A DNA stretch of 64,000 bases from Enoplolaimus lenunculus. Taxonomy: Eukaryota. The notes beneath the pieces are model-generated. The model saw only the letters and a list, made by a program, of their open reading frames with translations, had not been told where the DNA came from and made no database searches. This document shows positions 24,101-38,700 of this stretch, one piece after another. The DNA is taken from assembly GCA_030248215.1 (NCBI GenBank), contig JASANG010002537.1, forward strand, positions 1-64,000, written 5' to 3'. The translations under genes were made by a program, and so were the position numbers. Each line of letters begins with the position of its first letter. Positions within the stretch are counted from its first letter, which is position 1.

Positions 24101-25709
24101 AATATAAAAAATATCACAAACTAGCGAGAATAAATGAAAAGAAGTGTGTCAGACATATCAAAACTAGCTTATAGGAATTTATTTACAGAAAATTAGTTGC
24201 CGTGTTCTAGTCGAAAACTTTTCTTTGTTGCAGTAACATTATCGCCGGTACAGCAGACGGACGACTAGCTCAATATGATCTGCGTGGCAAACATGGTAAG
24301 CATTTGATGTATTAAATGCAACGAAACATCATATATTACTGCAGCGTTATACATGTCGTGTGGCGCCAGACGTTGATGTTATTACACATTTATATATTCC
24401 TCTCCATAACTATCTCTGTAATTTCCACCAACAATCGTGTAAGTGCTAATTCTGTCACTTGCAGTTTCCCGGACTAAAATACACATGCAATGTTATGTTA
24501 CAGATTACGTTATCACGCACATTGCAGCAAGTTTACATTTGTGGCGTTGGTTGCATGGAAACATGCAGGTTTTTGTCGACCCTGGTGTAGCCGCAATTTC
24601 TGCAAAAAACCAAAATTTCAATCCAATTTCGCCAAAAACAGAAATTCATATTCCTTTAATACGGTAAAATTTAGTTCTTACTGGAACCCTCTAATATGCT
24701 TCTGTAACTAAACAGTTACCTGAAATAACACTTTTAGTTTTAGTGTATATTATTGATGGTTTAGACGGGCTGGTACGAGTTTTCAAAGGCTTTGCCGGTT
24801 CAGTACAATCAGTTCATGCGCATCCTTCATTGCCACTGGTTATCTCAGGAGGCTTAGATCGATTTGTATTAGCACATAATTTATTCGATGGGTCGCTATG
24901 TCATAAGGTTTGTTTAAGTAGAGAATTCATTGTATTTGCAATTGGTGTTAAAGAAATATTAGGTTACTACATACATGAGGTACATGTCTGTTTAATCAGA
25001 ACATATTTGTAGCAGATCATATTCAGTTGCTCAATTTGATACATTATTGAAAGCCTAATATACAGGTGTGACATAAGTAAAGTGGTGTGAGTACTTAAGT
25101 AAAAGTGTGTCTGGCACGTGGATTGTATAAGTTTAGGTAACATTTTGGAGTCATCTAATTTCAGCTGTATAACGTCTTAATACATAATAAAGTATTCCAT
25201 GAGCAACAACAGTTTTATTGTGGTTTCTCTGCAAAGGCGAGCGCCATTGCGCAGTGCATTGTTTTGGTTTGCAAAGTTCGATTGTAATGAACCACGCAAT
25301 AATTCTTGTGCTGTTTCATTTAGATAGTACTTTGTTTGTTAAGATTTATGTGAAATCAGAAGTTCGAAAAGTTTTTCTGAACACCAAGGATTCCGTGAGT
25401 GTTGCTGAACAGTTTTTGGAACGCGAAGTTTGTGCCCAGAGCAAAACGTTACCGCAACGTGAATGCGATGCAAACAGCGAACAATACAATGACCGATGCT
25501 CTGAAGATGAAGAGCTTTGGAATTCAATGGAGACTGTAGGACAGGAATCAAGACGCAAGACTATGAAAGAAACACGTCGAAAGCGAAAATACGCAACTGG
25601 GTGGAACCTGAAAGATGATTCTGTAGTAAAAAATGTTTCATTTGAGCAGCAAAAAAGCGATCAACTCGTGAAAAAGAAAACTAAGACGAATAACGTTTGT
25701 TTAAAATAG
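21167..25709 (+). CDS. WDR74: WD repeat-containing protein 74 (NSA1 homolog, 60S biogenesis factor), 10 exons
   Basis: Phase-consistent GT-AG exons ~21167-21218, 21650-21765, 22287-22414, 22695-22758, 23067-23204, 23422-23523, 23821-23921, 24234-24295, 24765-24907, 25344-25709. Motifs match WDR74: AGTKSALIKGVDL, TGGKDNPLKQWDL, TAYHEVRLYD..QRRPV, KGFAGSVQSVHAHP..GGLDR, HKIYVKS, EELWNSME and a basic tail. Start codon is tentative. Confidence 0.92.
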
Positions 25710-27703
25710 AGTTTCGTATTGACGAGACAGTTGCGGGCTACCGGTAAATAATACCAGTCAGCCTGCTTTGTGCAATGCGTAACGTTAGGAACCCACAACA
25801 ATCTGCATGCAAATTGTCTTTCCACTGTGAACAATTACATTTCTGTTTTATGAGAAAATATTGTTAACGAAGTAATGCTTGAAAGTTGTCCAAAATAATG
25901 ATTCGTTATTTGTTGAATATATTTTTAATTTTATTTGTTGAGTAAAGCTTAACGCTTCTTTTTCGATTTGAGTTATGATAGAGTAGCTGAAAGCAGATTT
26001 AAAACTGTTTAAACGAAAATTCGTAAATTTTTTAAATGCTTCGCTACGTTTTAGAAACATAGCTATGGTGAATCTGTAGTCCAGGAAGAATAGCAATTTA
26101 ACTTTAAACGTAATTTACCAGCGTTCTTCAAGCTAAATGTGCAGTCACAACTTACTGTAGCCTCAACTTGCCTTCGTTTTTGGGCCCATTTTACTTTTAG
26201 GGGCGTCCAGGTTTCTGGTGGGTCTATAAAAGTGACGGTTTAGATTCTATGTTACATTTTTTGCTTAGGCTTATCAACATTGTTGCAAAGCTTAGGATTA
26301 GGCTAAGGAATACGCTTAATCTACTGCTAAGTCCCTAAAAGTAGCATTGTGCAACAGTACTATAAGCATATTTCTAAGCCTTAAAGCGTAAGAATGCGCA
26401 TATTCCGTCGTCTATGCCTATAGCCAACCAAAAAATTGGTCTAAAGCTTAAGCTTTACTGTTTTGCAGTCCCACAGACAAACGTTCCGCCCCTGATCTTT
26501 TGGGCCCACGGTCAATGTATAGAACAGGGCCGTAACAGTCGTAAGCCTAACCGTAAGGATAAACTTGATCAAAAAATTAGTTTATCGCTTAAACTTACTT
26601 TATTGCAGCCCTGCAGAAAAGCGGTCCGCTCCTTATCTTTGGGTCGGTAAACGATCACAATTTTTCTACATGTCCGATTTAAGTGTGGAATCGGCAAGAG
26701 ATACCGATGTGCTTACTTTTGGGAAATTTGTGTGGCCTTTAGAACGATCGTTTAGCAGTGTTATTTTTTCGTTTCAAACTTTGTTTAGTGCTCTTTGAGT
26801 TTAGACGGTGGGATGTCTAAAAATAGCATTTTAAGACTATTGTTTCCCTATGGTCTATAAAATAATTATGGTTAGTCGATTTTTCGATGGAACTTTTGTA
26901 GTCCCCATAGTGTAAATGTTTTCCCTCACCACAGCAATTTCGTTTTCAGGAGGGCTGCTCCCCCCGCACTAAGCGCTTCTTATACGAGACAAAACAGTTC
27001 AAAACTATTTTACTAATTATTGAAGAAAAATTTTCGCTCTAGAAACTAGTTTTTAAAACCGGAAAACAAAATATTTTTATGTTGCAAGTGAAAAAGTTTT
27101 CCTCCACATTTGGGTTGTGGCGGGGAAAACTACAAAAGTGCCTTTCTATTTTAACACAATTGTATTTGGGATAGAAATTTTTAGACATCTCAAATCATTG
27201 AAACACGTTAGTGTTTACAATATATGTTTCAAGCATCGAGAATGCACCCTTTTTGGAAGTTTTGCGGAATGTTCTCTGCAGGAAACCATAGCTGGAATGA
27301 GGTAACTTGCGTATAGAATATCCTAATTAGCCGCTTCGACACCATACACAAATTGGACAGCTAAACGTCTCATTTAAGTTGTTATTAAAAGTTTGATTTT
27401 TGTAATTTTTCGAAAAAATTGTATTACAAATCTGTAATTACCATAGCTAGTCGACATTATTGTGTGATGCTAATGACAGCGTGCAATAGATTACGTGTTC
27501 TTGCGATATTTGTTCTACTGAAATTGCTAACTACGACAGTAATATTTTGTAATAACCTCCCATGCATAGCTTAGAACATGCTGCTTTTTGGTGGATTGCA
27601 ATGAAGCAAGTGTACGCTTTAGACTTATATTTTGTTTAGGCTTAGGCGTACGGTTAGGAGTAGTCTTAGCATTAAACCTCACCGTATCCCATGTAAAAGA
27701 AAG

Positions 27704-28641
27704 AAACTAGGTAAAAGTGCCCCTAGAAGGGACAGATTGTGATATGTTTCGCTTGAAGCATGTAAAAGAGTTTAAACAAGGGTTAGTTAGACCATAGATC
27801 AGTAGGTAATGCTTATAATATTAGCTCCATAACTTCTATGATGAAAATAGATGTCATCTATATCTTTGACGGCAGTCTTTCAGTGTTAACACGCTTGCGG
27901 TCAGTGGAACAAGAAACATATGGGCCCAACAAACTTTCATCTGTTAAGCTATAAATCGACACTATGGGTTTTCAAGGCGTTCTAAAGTACAACTCTCAAC
28001 ATGCCTTTCGTATAACAGTCAGTTGCTTTTTAAATTTATCTCAATTGAGCGCCAGCAGAACATGTTCTTTGAAATATTTAGCAACGTTTGAATGCTATTT
28101 TCTAGATGAATAGCTTAAATATGTCACGGCACAGAACACAATTTGGAAAAGTTTCTCGACTTCACATCATCAAATTGTCATGGTAAAGATAGGTAAAATA
28201 GTCGAGCACGTATGCGTGACATTTTTTATTCGATAATCAATAGACGCAATTTGTAATCTTGCAATATTGAAATATTTACTAATCAAGTTTTAGAAACATA
28301 AATATTTTAAAACTAAAAAAATATCCTCTTCCAATGAAGAATGCTAGATTAGATCACTTATAAACTGAACACTGTAAAACCCAACAAACGCTAAAATTAA
28401 GCTGATAGGTGATGTCCGTTGGGCCCATATGTTTCTTGTTTCGCTGACCGCAAGCGTGTTAACACTGAAAGACAGCCGTCAAAGATATAGATGACAACTA
28501 TTTTCATAGAAGTTATGGAGCTAATATTATAAGCATTACCTACTGATCTATGGTCTAACTAACCCTTGTTTAAACTCTTTTACATGCTTCAAGCGAAACA
28601 TATCACAATCGGTCCCTTCTAGGGGCACTTTTACCTAGTTT
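27704..28641. mobile_element. Non-autonomous DNA transposon / foldback element with ~225-bp TIRs
   Basis: 27704-27930 is the near-perfect reverse complement of 28418-28641 (AAACTAGGTAAAAGTGCCCCT...); ~490-bp non-coding spacer. Confidence 0.9.
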
Positions 28642-29529
28642 TATATTTGTCTTTTTGAAATTTCTGTACATTTTCAGCGCCGCATCCATAGTTTGTTATT
28701 TCAACGACTAAAACAGGTCAACTGCACCCTGAGAGAAAGTCCGACTGAGAAGTTGCGAAGTAGATACGCGAATAAAAGGTAAAATTTGTTCTGAAATAGG
28801 ATGAATTATGCATTTTCGGTTTCGGCTTGCAAAGAATGAGTTTGGGAACCCAGATTCTATCTTTTACTCTGAAATAGCTAAACGCTGATAATCTCGCAAT
28901 TATCGTGACTGTTTATTTATGGCTAATTTTGGCTGCAACGAGGTGAAAAATACCGGACTGAGGTCAATAAAATTTGCCGAAGGTGAAGAGAAATTTGTTA
29001 GTTTTGTAGCAATATCTGTAGTGTTAAAAAATTTTGCTTTAGACTTGTTTATAAGACATTCCGAATACTGATTCCTTAAATTTGTACCAGAAGTTAAAGC
29101 CAACGCACCGAACGATACAATTTTTGTGAAACTCTGGGAAATTTGACGACCGAAATTTCTGGAACCTCTGAGCCGAAGTCAGAGCCAGAGTTCGATTTTC
29201 TACTAGATCCGGAGCCAGACCTCAGATAGTTCCCTATGTATATATTGAATATCATTTCATCTCGTCAAATTGTAAAATTTTGAACTGCGTCAGGTTCTAT
29301 CTCAGAGTTGTTGGAAACGCTTGTATACATTTTCATGTTTTCGTTGTAAAAAAATCAGACGATCGTAAATATTGGCCTCTCGTCTGGAATCTTCTCTTGC
29401 GTTTGGTCTCCGCGGTATAACCTTTGCTTTCAAACAGCATAATTGTTTCGCACACGTGACAAAAACGAATCGGGTCTGTTTTTGTATATTGTTATATTTT
29501 ATTGCAAAATTATATTGCCACATATTTTC

Positions 29530-29708
29530 GGCCCATGTTACTTTAAGGAGCGTCCAGGTTTCTAGTGGGTCTATAAATGAGTAGGTTTAGATTCTATATT
29601 TTTTGCTTAGGCTTAGGCTTAGACTTAGGAACACATTGTTGCAACGCTTAGGCTTAGGCATAGGAATACGCTTCATCTACCGTTACGCCCCTTAAAGTAA
29701 CATTGGCC
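29530..29708 (+). mobile_element. TTAGGC-containing MITE, type B (Merlin-like)
   Basis: 24-bp TIRs GGCCCATGTTACTTTAAGGAGCGT / ACGCCCCTTAAAGTAACATTGGCC; TSD ATATTTTC / ATGTTTTC; other copies ~26183-26351, ~39995-40210, 62825-63008. Confidence 0.85.
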
Positions 29709-29715
29709 ATGTTTT

Positions 29716-32700
29716 CTATCTGTCGTTTTTGCTGTCTTTCCATTTGCTGAGGTCTGGCTGTTTAACTTTTCCACATCGTATCCTGAAACATTAAACTAAA
29801 AGTATTAATATTGATGAGTATTAATGGGGTTATAAATTTCTTTAAAATTTTAACGTCGGTCAACCTATACCAGTTATATATTTGGGTACTAATTTTTCCC
29901 ACTGTAGAACGCGTTGCAGGAATAAACTTGAAATTGCGTATTTTCGTTTTACTTATTTGAAGATCTAAAATATCAGGGTGCAACGGCAACGCAACCGGTC
30001 GGCAAAAAACCGGAACCCGAGGTCAACCGATTCTACGAAAGCAACAGGTGAAACGGAGTTAAACAATAAAATGTTGAATTTGCTAGTAATCTATGGTTAA
30101 GTGTTGTCGCCAAAAGTTTGATTTTAGTTTGTTTTTAACTAATATCAGCAATCATAGATTGAATTGGGTAATTGCTAACTGATGCTTGACGCTTAGGTTT
30201 AGGCTCAGGCTTAGGAATATGCTTATACTACAACTGCGTTCCGATCCTGTTCTACGCATGGGCCCAAAATGGTCTGCGTGTGGTTAATATGAGTAGTTGT
30301 TTTACCAGTTACTGTTAATCAGAAATGGATTTTTCTTTTGCCACCTTGTATACTCATTTTCAGGTCCATCGTCATAGTTTGCGCACATTATTCCGGTCAG
30401 CGTGTATTTACGTATTTCACGGAGTTGTTCTATAAAATATTATAAAATAATAAAATCTTAAAGTTATAGCGATTATGGCTTGTCTAAGTTTCGCACTAAA
30501 ATTGTTCAAAAAACGTATAATCAGTGTTATATATAGTGTTGCGTACTTCAAACTATTAAAGCAGTTTGAACCCGCTGAACTATAAAAGGCGGGTGTAAGC
30601 GATCTTTTTTGCAGGATGACAATTTCAATCTGTACGGCAAACCCATCAGTATTTTAATTTCCTATTAAGGTTTATTTTGCCGAATGTCACTTATTTTAAG
30701 AACCTGGAACTGCTTTCAAAGGTGCTTGCGATTCGCAAGGTTAAAATTGAATTGTTTTAGCTTACTCAGAATAATTATGTTTCATTAATAATTTTTACAG
30801 CTAAAACGGTATATCTATCAATCACAGGTTGTTTATATATGGAGGTCTGTTTGCAAAGAACCTTGAAGTACTGTTGATGAAAGATTAAAATTGGATTCGA
30901 GGTGAAGTTTACGTGTATAAAAAGAAGGAATACCGAATATTTGCAAGCCCTGATCTGCGGCACCCTCAAGCAGCTGATACTGATCTGCGGCACTTTCAAA
31001 CAACTTATGCTGATCTGCGGCACTTTCAAACAGCTGATACTGATCTGCGGCACTTTCAAATAGCTTATGCTGATCTGCGGCACCCTCAAACAGCTTATAC
31101 TGAACTGCAGTACCGTCAATGAGCGTATAATAGCTTTTATAGCACTTACTTGGAGTAAAACTGTTTGGCAGTGCTGCATTTTCGTGCCAAAATCGGTCGC
31201 AGTTTTTCAGATCAGCGAATTGTTGAGCCACTAACTTGAGCGCAGTTGGTCCTAATATGGATCCGGGCACTGGGCGTTCTGATATAATTGCAATGAACAG
31301 ATCTATATCTTGAACGTTTCTGAAATAAATTTGTGAACTTCGCCTTTTAAATACAGACAAGCAAGCCTGTCTCCAGCTCAACATCCTATTGGGGTTGACG
31401 AATTGCAGCAGGGGCAACCATTCCTTTTACATGACTTATTACAGATGGAAACATTTCCAGGGAAGAGTCAAAATTATCCAGGGGTGAAACTGCTTGGCCT
31501 TCATCTGACTACGAGCCCGCAACACAAAAATACGCTGAGGTGCGCATGTCTGCGCGGTTGCCGTTTTTAATCTTTTCCGTCGTGAGAGCACACTGCGAGC
31601 AATTCAGCACATTATGTATATGAAATAATATTAACAATTATTACGCGTATGCGCAGTAGAAAATATCAACATGACGTCATAGTAATCTCAGGCACGACTG
31701 TAGTTCGAATCGCAGCTCTTGAAATAAAATCACAGATGAAACACAAAATATTATATTCGAAAAGAGTTAAATATTAATAATATTGTGAATGCAATGCACT
31801 GTACTCGTAAGCTTCAGCGAATCGTTCGGCAACTCCATTACGCATGATCGGTTTCAAATCATCGAACGTTCGCGGAACGCTTAAACCAAGGTGTTTTCGC
31901 CATTCTGAATATCCTGGCAGCCCATGATCTCTGCCGCGTTGTATGTTTAACGAGAGCAAATCTTGACCGGATAGCGGTGTGTTGTCAAGTTCGAATAGTT
32001 TATTACGAAGTGTTTCAGCGAAATGGCTTAAATTAAAATTTTAGAATTTTCATAATAATCTCGACTATTCACGTTTTCTTTATGGTTGCCGTTCTAGGCT
32101 CTGTGTTGTTTATCAATTGTATGCGCATCACAGTTGATCATTAAGCCGCATTGCACAGTATGTAACCGAACGTATTTGATACCAATTCAATAGATCTCTG
32201 TAGTCTGTACATTCTATTAGCCATATTTTTGTCAATATCTATCATTATGACCCTACAACATCAACATGTGTTGTTCTACCCAATCCTTGCATTGCGCAGT
32301 CTCTGTAATTTCACTGGCCTTCTTACGGAGCGCAAGTAAAAGTATGTAGAAACCTCTGTACCCACGGTTCAAGACACCAGTTGGACCTAAAAACTCATTA
32401 TTGTGGAGTGTCGTATCTTTTGTACAACGAAATCCAGCCTGTAACCACATAAACGTGCTAGAGGGCACCGATTTCATGCGGAGGCTATGCGTTTATATTA
32501 TGGAATTTGCAATCGCTGCCAAAAGCATTAAAAAGGAGAAACGAATTTATTCCTGATGTTCTGAGGCTCTATGCCTTTCGTGCGGCTTAGAACCCAAACA
32601 ACGCCGTTACCGGGAACGAAGACGTGATTTCATTTTGCTATTGTATAGTATCGTCTAAGTCTGAAAATTTTCACACCCATATTTCTGAAAATTTTCAGGA

Positions 32701-35700
32701 ATAATAGTCTTGAATTCAAGACATATTTGTCTGAAGTCCGTATTAAGACATTATTGTATTAACGTTTAGATAATATTTCGTGAATATCAGACATTTTTTG
32801 TTTTATGTCTACAGCCTGTAAAAGCGTGTTTTTCAAGTCTTTCCAGAAGTTTCGGAAATTTGTACGTTCCATTGCTTCTTGTATGTGGACCTATGGTCAT
32901 TACTTATCCAGTCTTTCGGCAGGTGTGTCACACGCTCCGTACAGGATAGCAGACGGCACCCCGCGATCAAACATTGACGATGGATTGAGGAACATTGACG
33001 CTAATTGATATGAACTGCGTTTGACGTTGCCTTTTTCGTTTTGTATTGAAATAAATTTGTCTCGAATAAGCGAGTGTGAAAAACGAAACACTGCGGTCGG
33101 AAATACGTTCGCGAAGGTCGCATCGCAACTATCGTTATAGCCCTAAAACAAAGTCATGACTCTTGTACATTTCTGTCCACGTTCAATGTCAATGCGTAGA
33201 CAAAAGCTGTGAGGTTCATGCTTGCTAAGGCACAAGTAAAGCTTTGTGTAATGCTAAGCCTAACCGCAAATGTGGGGAATGTCCGAAACCCCAGTCACAT
33301 TACCTCTTGTTGAAATCTAGTACGTATACTGATTTGCTAACATGATCTTTACGGCAAATATCGCAAAGTTTTGACCAGCATAATATAACATTTGAAAATG
33401 TTCATAATATTGTGGTATTAAGCTTAAATATTATTGTCCTCTGTATTGTCATGTCATATGATTACTAAAATTTGAAATTTGAATTATATATTTGACCATA
33501 GACAATGTGCTCAAGCATGTCACTTTGCTTGCTTCGCAGTAGGCCTGGTGCGTCCCCAAGCACTGGTCTTGCGATCTCTTCACGTCTGCATCTTTAAACC
33601 TTGTGAAGCGGTCACAATTGGACGATCAAACAATGACGTGTGTAATCTTACTTTTGTACATACCGTGCGTTTGTGAGCACGGTAGATTGCGCGTTTTAAT
33701 GCATGTCAAGCATTTACTACTAAACAGTATTGTATCTGGCATATGCAGTTTTTAAAACTGCATTTTCAACTTTTACCTCAAAAAACGTTTTGCCTTTTAG
33801 CAATTTCAAATTGTATTTTTGCATAGCTTCGTGACCAATGACTGCTGGCAAGTATTCGCCGTACGTTATCACTTGAAGCGCGGCTCCGACAATTTTTCTT
33901 GATTCCTAAAATGTGTGTTCCCTATCGGTTCACAATTATACATATTGAATACAACTTTATTAGTTTTGGGATTTAATGTGGATTTTTTTCGTACAGTAAT
34001 ACTATTTATTCAGTTCTGCAACTGTATACTAAGATGACACAAAACCCGTCTTTACCCGCGCAAAATTCCTTTAATACCGTCACCGACCTCACCTGCCCTT
34101 CTTTTTTCTTCTGCGTTCAATACAAATGTGTAATTTCACAGTGCATTGATGTTTACTCGCTTCTTATTTTACACTCATACGGTAAAAACAGGTTAAAAAT
34201 TCAAGTTCTTCTACATTATCTGGTTTCAGGTTTCTTATGAAAATTTCAAGCGGGTAAAGAACCACAAACTTTTACCATCGCTTTAAAATTTATTACCCGC
34301 GGGTATACCCGCGCCAAAATGTCCTCAACCGTAACAGCGTTACCCGCGGGTAGCGTGCAGTTCTGGTTACACTTATTTTATTCACTTCTGCTGTTTTTGT
34401 CACAGACACTTCCTCGATGAACCATCGTATATAAACGATTCGCTAGTTCCATGTTAAGAACTAAAATTTTAGTCGTTTTTCAGTGTCGGCCACCTTCAAT
34501 CTGAATTGCTCAACACTCTACCGTACCTGATATAATTTCTCGTCATCCCAGTGCGGATTTAAATCTTGCAGTTCTTTTGCGACTCGATTATGTTCTCGCA
34601 TAAATATTATATGTATCGCACTTAACGCAGATTGTTCGTTTACCCGACTGTCACCCGCAAGAAAACAGTGCGCTTTAATTTTTGATTTTTCGACCGTAGC
34701 AGTAACAGGGATGCGGCATGCATTAGATGTTGCGTTTGGCAGTAATTGATTACCATTTAGTCCGACACTATGCGCAAGAATCCCTTAAAAATAGACAACT
34801 GTTTAACCAGTTGCAGCACAGAAGCCGGGTAAAACCAGCTGCTGCTGCCAGTTCATAAATTAATAATGAACCAGTTTTGTTGCAATTATTTTTGACAAAT
34901 TATTTGAAATAAAATTTAAAACAATTTTGTTTTACTATTTTTAAAAATAATATGTTTGATAAATTACTGTAGTCAACTACTGCTTAATAAGTCGTCGATG
35001 CAAGTTACTGCTGTACGCCGGGCTCAGCTATTTATGGCGCGTCCAAAAAATGGGCATGTGAACATTGATTAACGGTTTGTTTTTGCAAAGATATCAAAGA
35101 TATTTAGATCTCTGCCTTAAGCTGATCAAAAATGCAACATACGCATGCATAACGCCTCTATGCTATAGGTATACACCAAAACCAGGCGGCAAAATGTTGT
35201 ACAATATTTGTGAGAGCTGTAGAATAGATTTGTCGTATGTTATCGATTTAAAACATTCCGTATTCAAACCTTGGAATAATTCTAAAGCTTAAACCATAAA
35301 AAACATTCGCTTTGACCGCTATAAGACGTAATTAATACATTAACCGTCTGCTTTCATCAATTTTTCCTCATGTATAACCACACAGCAACCAGTGCCGGAG
35401 CAGGCAGGTGCGGGGGCATCCCCAAATTCCAGAGTGGGGACCCTCAAACTCGTGAGCGAGAAGCCAGACGCATTCTAAAACCTACGCGGGTTTTCCTTCA
35501 TCCGGATAGGGTGGGGGGCCTTTTAGGGGTGCGGCCCCCCAAATGGGGGTATGGGTGGTGGCTGCTCCGGCCCTGACAGCAGCTAACCAAGCAGATCATA
35601 CGCCACTAAAACATACGAAAGAAATCACACAACAATTTTAGCGAAAACGCACCATTTTTATGTAATCTTAGATGGTCAGCTTCCTCTTTGCGTGATCCGT

Positions 35701-38700
35701 ATATCATTGACCCGTCAATATATGTTGTCAGCTCGTTTAATTGCTCGCGAACTAAAAGTGCACAACGTAGACGATGTGACTTTGAGCATAGTCAGTTTGA
35801 GGTACTAACTGTGGTGTACCCGAATAATAGTGGAAATAGTACTCGGGGGTCCCTATTTTGAGTCGTAATCAATACGAGTCGGTATCTGTAAGAGTTTGTT
35901 GACTGCTTACGGATAGTCTAAAATTTCTTAATTACAGTTTATAAATGGCAATTTACGTATATATTCATAGTAGCATACTTTAGTTTTAAAAGTATATCCA
36001 TCCATTGTGAAATACATAAGGAAAATGTGTGAGGTGCAAACAACATGGACTGGGTTGAGAAAAATATGCCACAGTCCGTAACCGAATAGCAAGAGGCTCT
36101 GGAGAGGTTAAATGTCAATTACCGGCCTTATATCCGGGTCACTACGATATGGTTATAATTTAAATCAGGTTTAATATGCGAGTCGAATGCTATAAAATCG
36201 AGTTTGCGTGCGCACCATTTTCAATTGTTTCCCCTAGTACAATACCAATGTTGCTTGTAAAAGCCGTCGGACGCCTTGTATGCCTGTCCTAAAAAATTTT
36301 CGAAACTCCTATAGCACAGTCAGTTTTTAAGCAAAAAAATGTACAGCATTATACAATACAACCTATCGTCTACAACGAAGCCACACCCGCAATTGTTGAA
36401 GAGGGACAAGCTCAACAGGTTTGAGTCGTCAAAATAATTTTCCTTCCAATTACTTTGTGTAAAAGCTGCTCCAATAAATAACTTTAGTATTGCAAATTCA
36501 AGAGAAAAGCATTCAAACTCCCACAGCAGGGATCAAAACCAAAATTTCTTGTCAAGAGTTAGTGTTAAAATTTCATTTGGCTTATCGCTCGCTGCGGTTG
36601 CAAACTTTCTTTCAATTCAATTGAAAATGTCTATATCCGTCATTAGTTTAGTGTTTACATATTATGTATATTATGAAAAGTGCCTCGGTTCCCCAAGTTT
36701 CTGCAAAGACTATACGCCTGGCGACCACTGATAGGCGCGAAAGGAACGCTTTAAGGATGGCGCTATACTTGCCAAGTAGTTCCATCGGACGGCGCCGGAC
36801 GTCATCAAAGAGTATAGTACCGCCATAACTTTGAAAAAAATCGTTCTTATTTTCAAGGTGAAATGATATTACTGCATACCTATTCCAGCATTTCCATTTG
36901 CGGATCGAACAAAGTGAAAGCATTTTGATTTGTTGGACGCAAATTTAAAATGTGGATCATCTTCAGGGATTGGAATTGGTAAACATTCACGATTAATCGT
37001 TTCGCTTGAATCACACGCTGAACAATCGATTGCATGTTCGCCTGTTTAATAATAAATAGGCTATTGTGTAGTTGATCCTCACGTTTAAGGTTAAGGTTTT
37101 TAGGCTCAGGCTATGGAAAACGTTTATATACGCGTTTTTCGAGACCTACACCTAAACATAAACTGTGGTCGAAGTGCGCAAAAGTCAATAAGTGTTGTAT
37201 TCTAGGCATACACAGTGTTATATACTTTAATCAGTTCCGCTTCCGTAAATTGGAGAAATAAAAAAACTCAACGGAACGTGTCGGAATTTTGCATTGCTGA
37301 CAGACTTTTGAATGCATCTCGAGATTAGAGTATTTAACCATAAAATTTAAAACAAAACCCACGGGTTGAGGCCCGTAGGCAGCTCACCTTGTTAGGCGAC
37401 TAAAAGATTTTAAGGAGGGGCACACAAGGGTTTTTATACTTACAAGTTGCAAGCGAAGCTCAAAATTTTCTAAGTGGGGTCAAATCTCTTCCAAGGCGGA
37501 CTCAGCTACCCTGGTCACCCCTTGGCTACTGGCTCGGCTGGGTTTAAATATTAAAGAAGCTGTTAGCGGTGTATACGGTGTAACGATTTTTAGCTCACCT
37601 TCAAACGACATTGGCGTAAGAGTTAAATCGTGATCCAGAAACTGGCCATATTGCATCAGTAACGCAGTCACTTTGCTGCTTTCGACGTTTTTTGAAGGCG
37701 ACAATATATTGGACACTTGTCGTGGTCCTGGCAATGTCTTACCGCTAATTGCAGTGCTTCTGGGTGCATCGAAACCTAAATCAAACTGTAAATAAGTTAA
37801 CAGGATGCAGTCAGCTCAACGGAAACAAGAGGCCCCAGCCGAATTTTAGCTTGGGCATATGATGATTTCACGCAAATTCACATACGAGATCAAGACGAGA
37901 GCTCTAAATTTGACCTTATAATGAAAAGGAAACGCACGAACCATCCCACTGTCATAATGAGTAATAGTTAAAATGCTACAATTAGTTTCAAGATGATTTC
38001 AATCTTTGAATTATATAACAACATTCAGAAACTTAAAACAGTTTCTGCTACTTTTTCGAAGTTTTCAACCCGAATCTATTGAAATAAACTATAATATACT
38101 GTACTTGTTACTTGTTTCCTCTACGTTTAGCGTTTATTTGATAGAAGGCAAATGCTTCTACGTATATTGTTCGTCATTTTCCTAAACCTAAAGCTTAAGC
38201 CTAGCCTAAGCCTCAGTCTATTTTAGTATTGCAATCATTATACGCGTTGAATGTATTAGTAAACAAAATACAATAGCTACCGTCATCATAAGCAGGCTGA
38301 AGCAAACGGCGAAATATTTGTCCGGCTCTGCCTTGATCAGGGTTTTGAAGACTGTTACAGCTTCCGTCAATGCTTCGAAACGCCAAATTGGTCCCAACAC
38401 AGACAGGATCAATTTTGGGCAAATCCAGAACGTCGCATTTGTCCATCTTTGACGAAATGTTCGATTTTCCACAAAGATCGTTATGTTTGACTAGTTTTTT
38501 GTCACAATTTGTATCAATATTCAACGCTTTGAGCTGTAAAAACAAAACCAACATCAGTAGAAAATCATGATACAGCAGTTGATTTTAAAACAGGGTGCTG
38601 ATAGCCAAATACAATTTTAATATTAATTTGCAGAGATTTTTTCATAAAAATTTTCAATTCTATGTTACGCAAAACATTCTGATTTCAAAAATGGCAGGAG

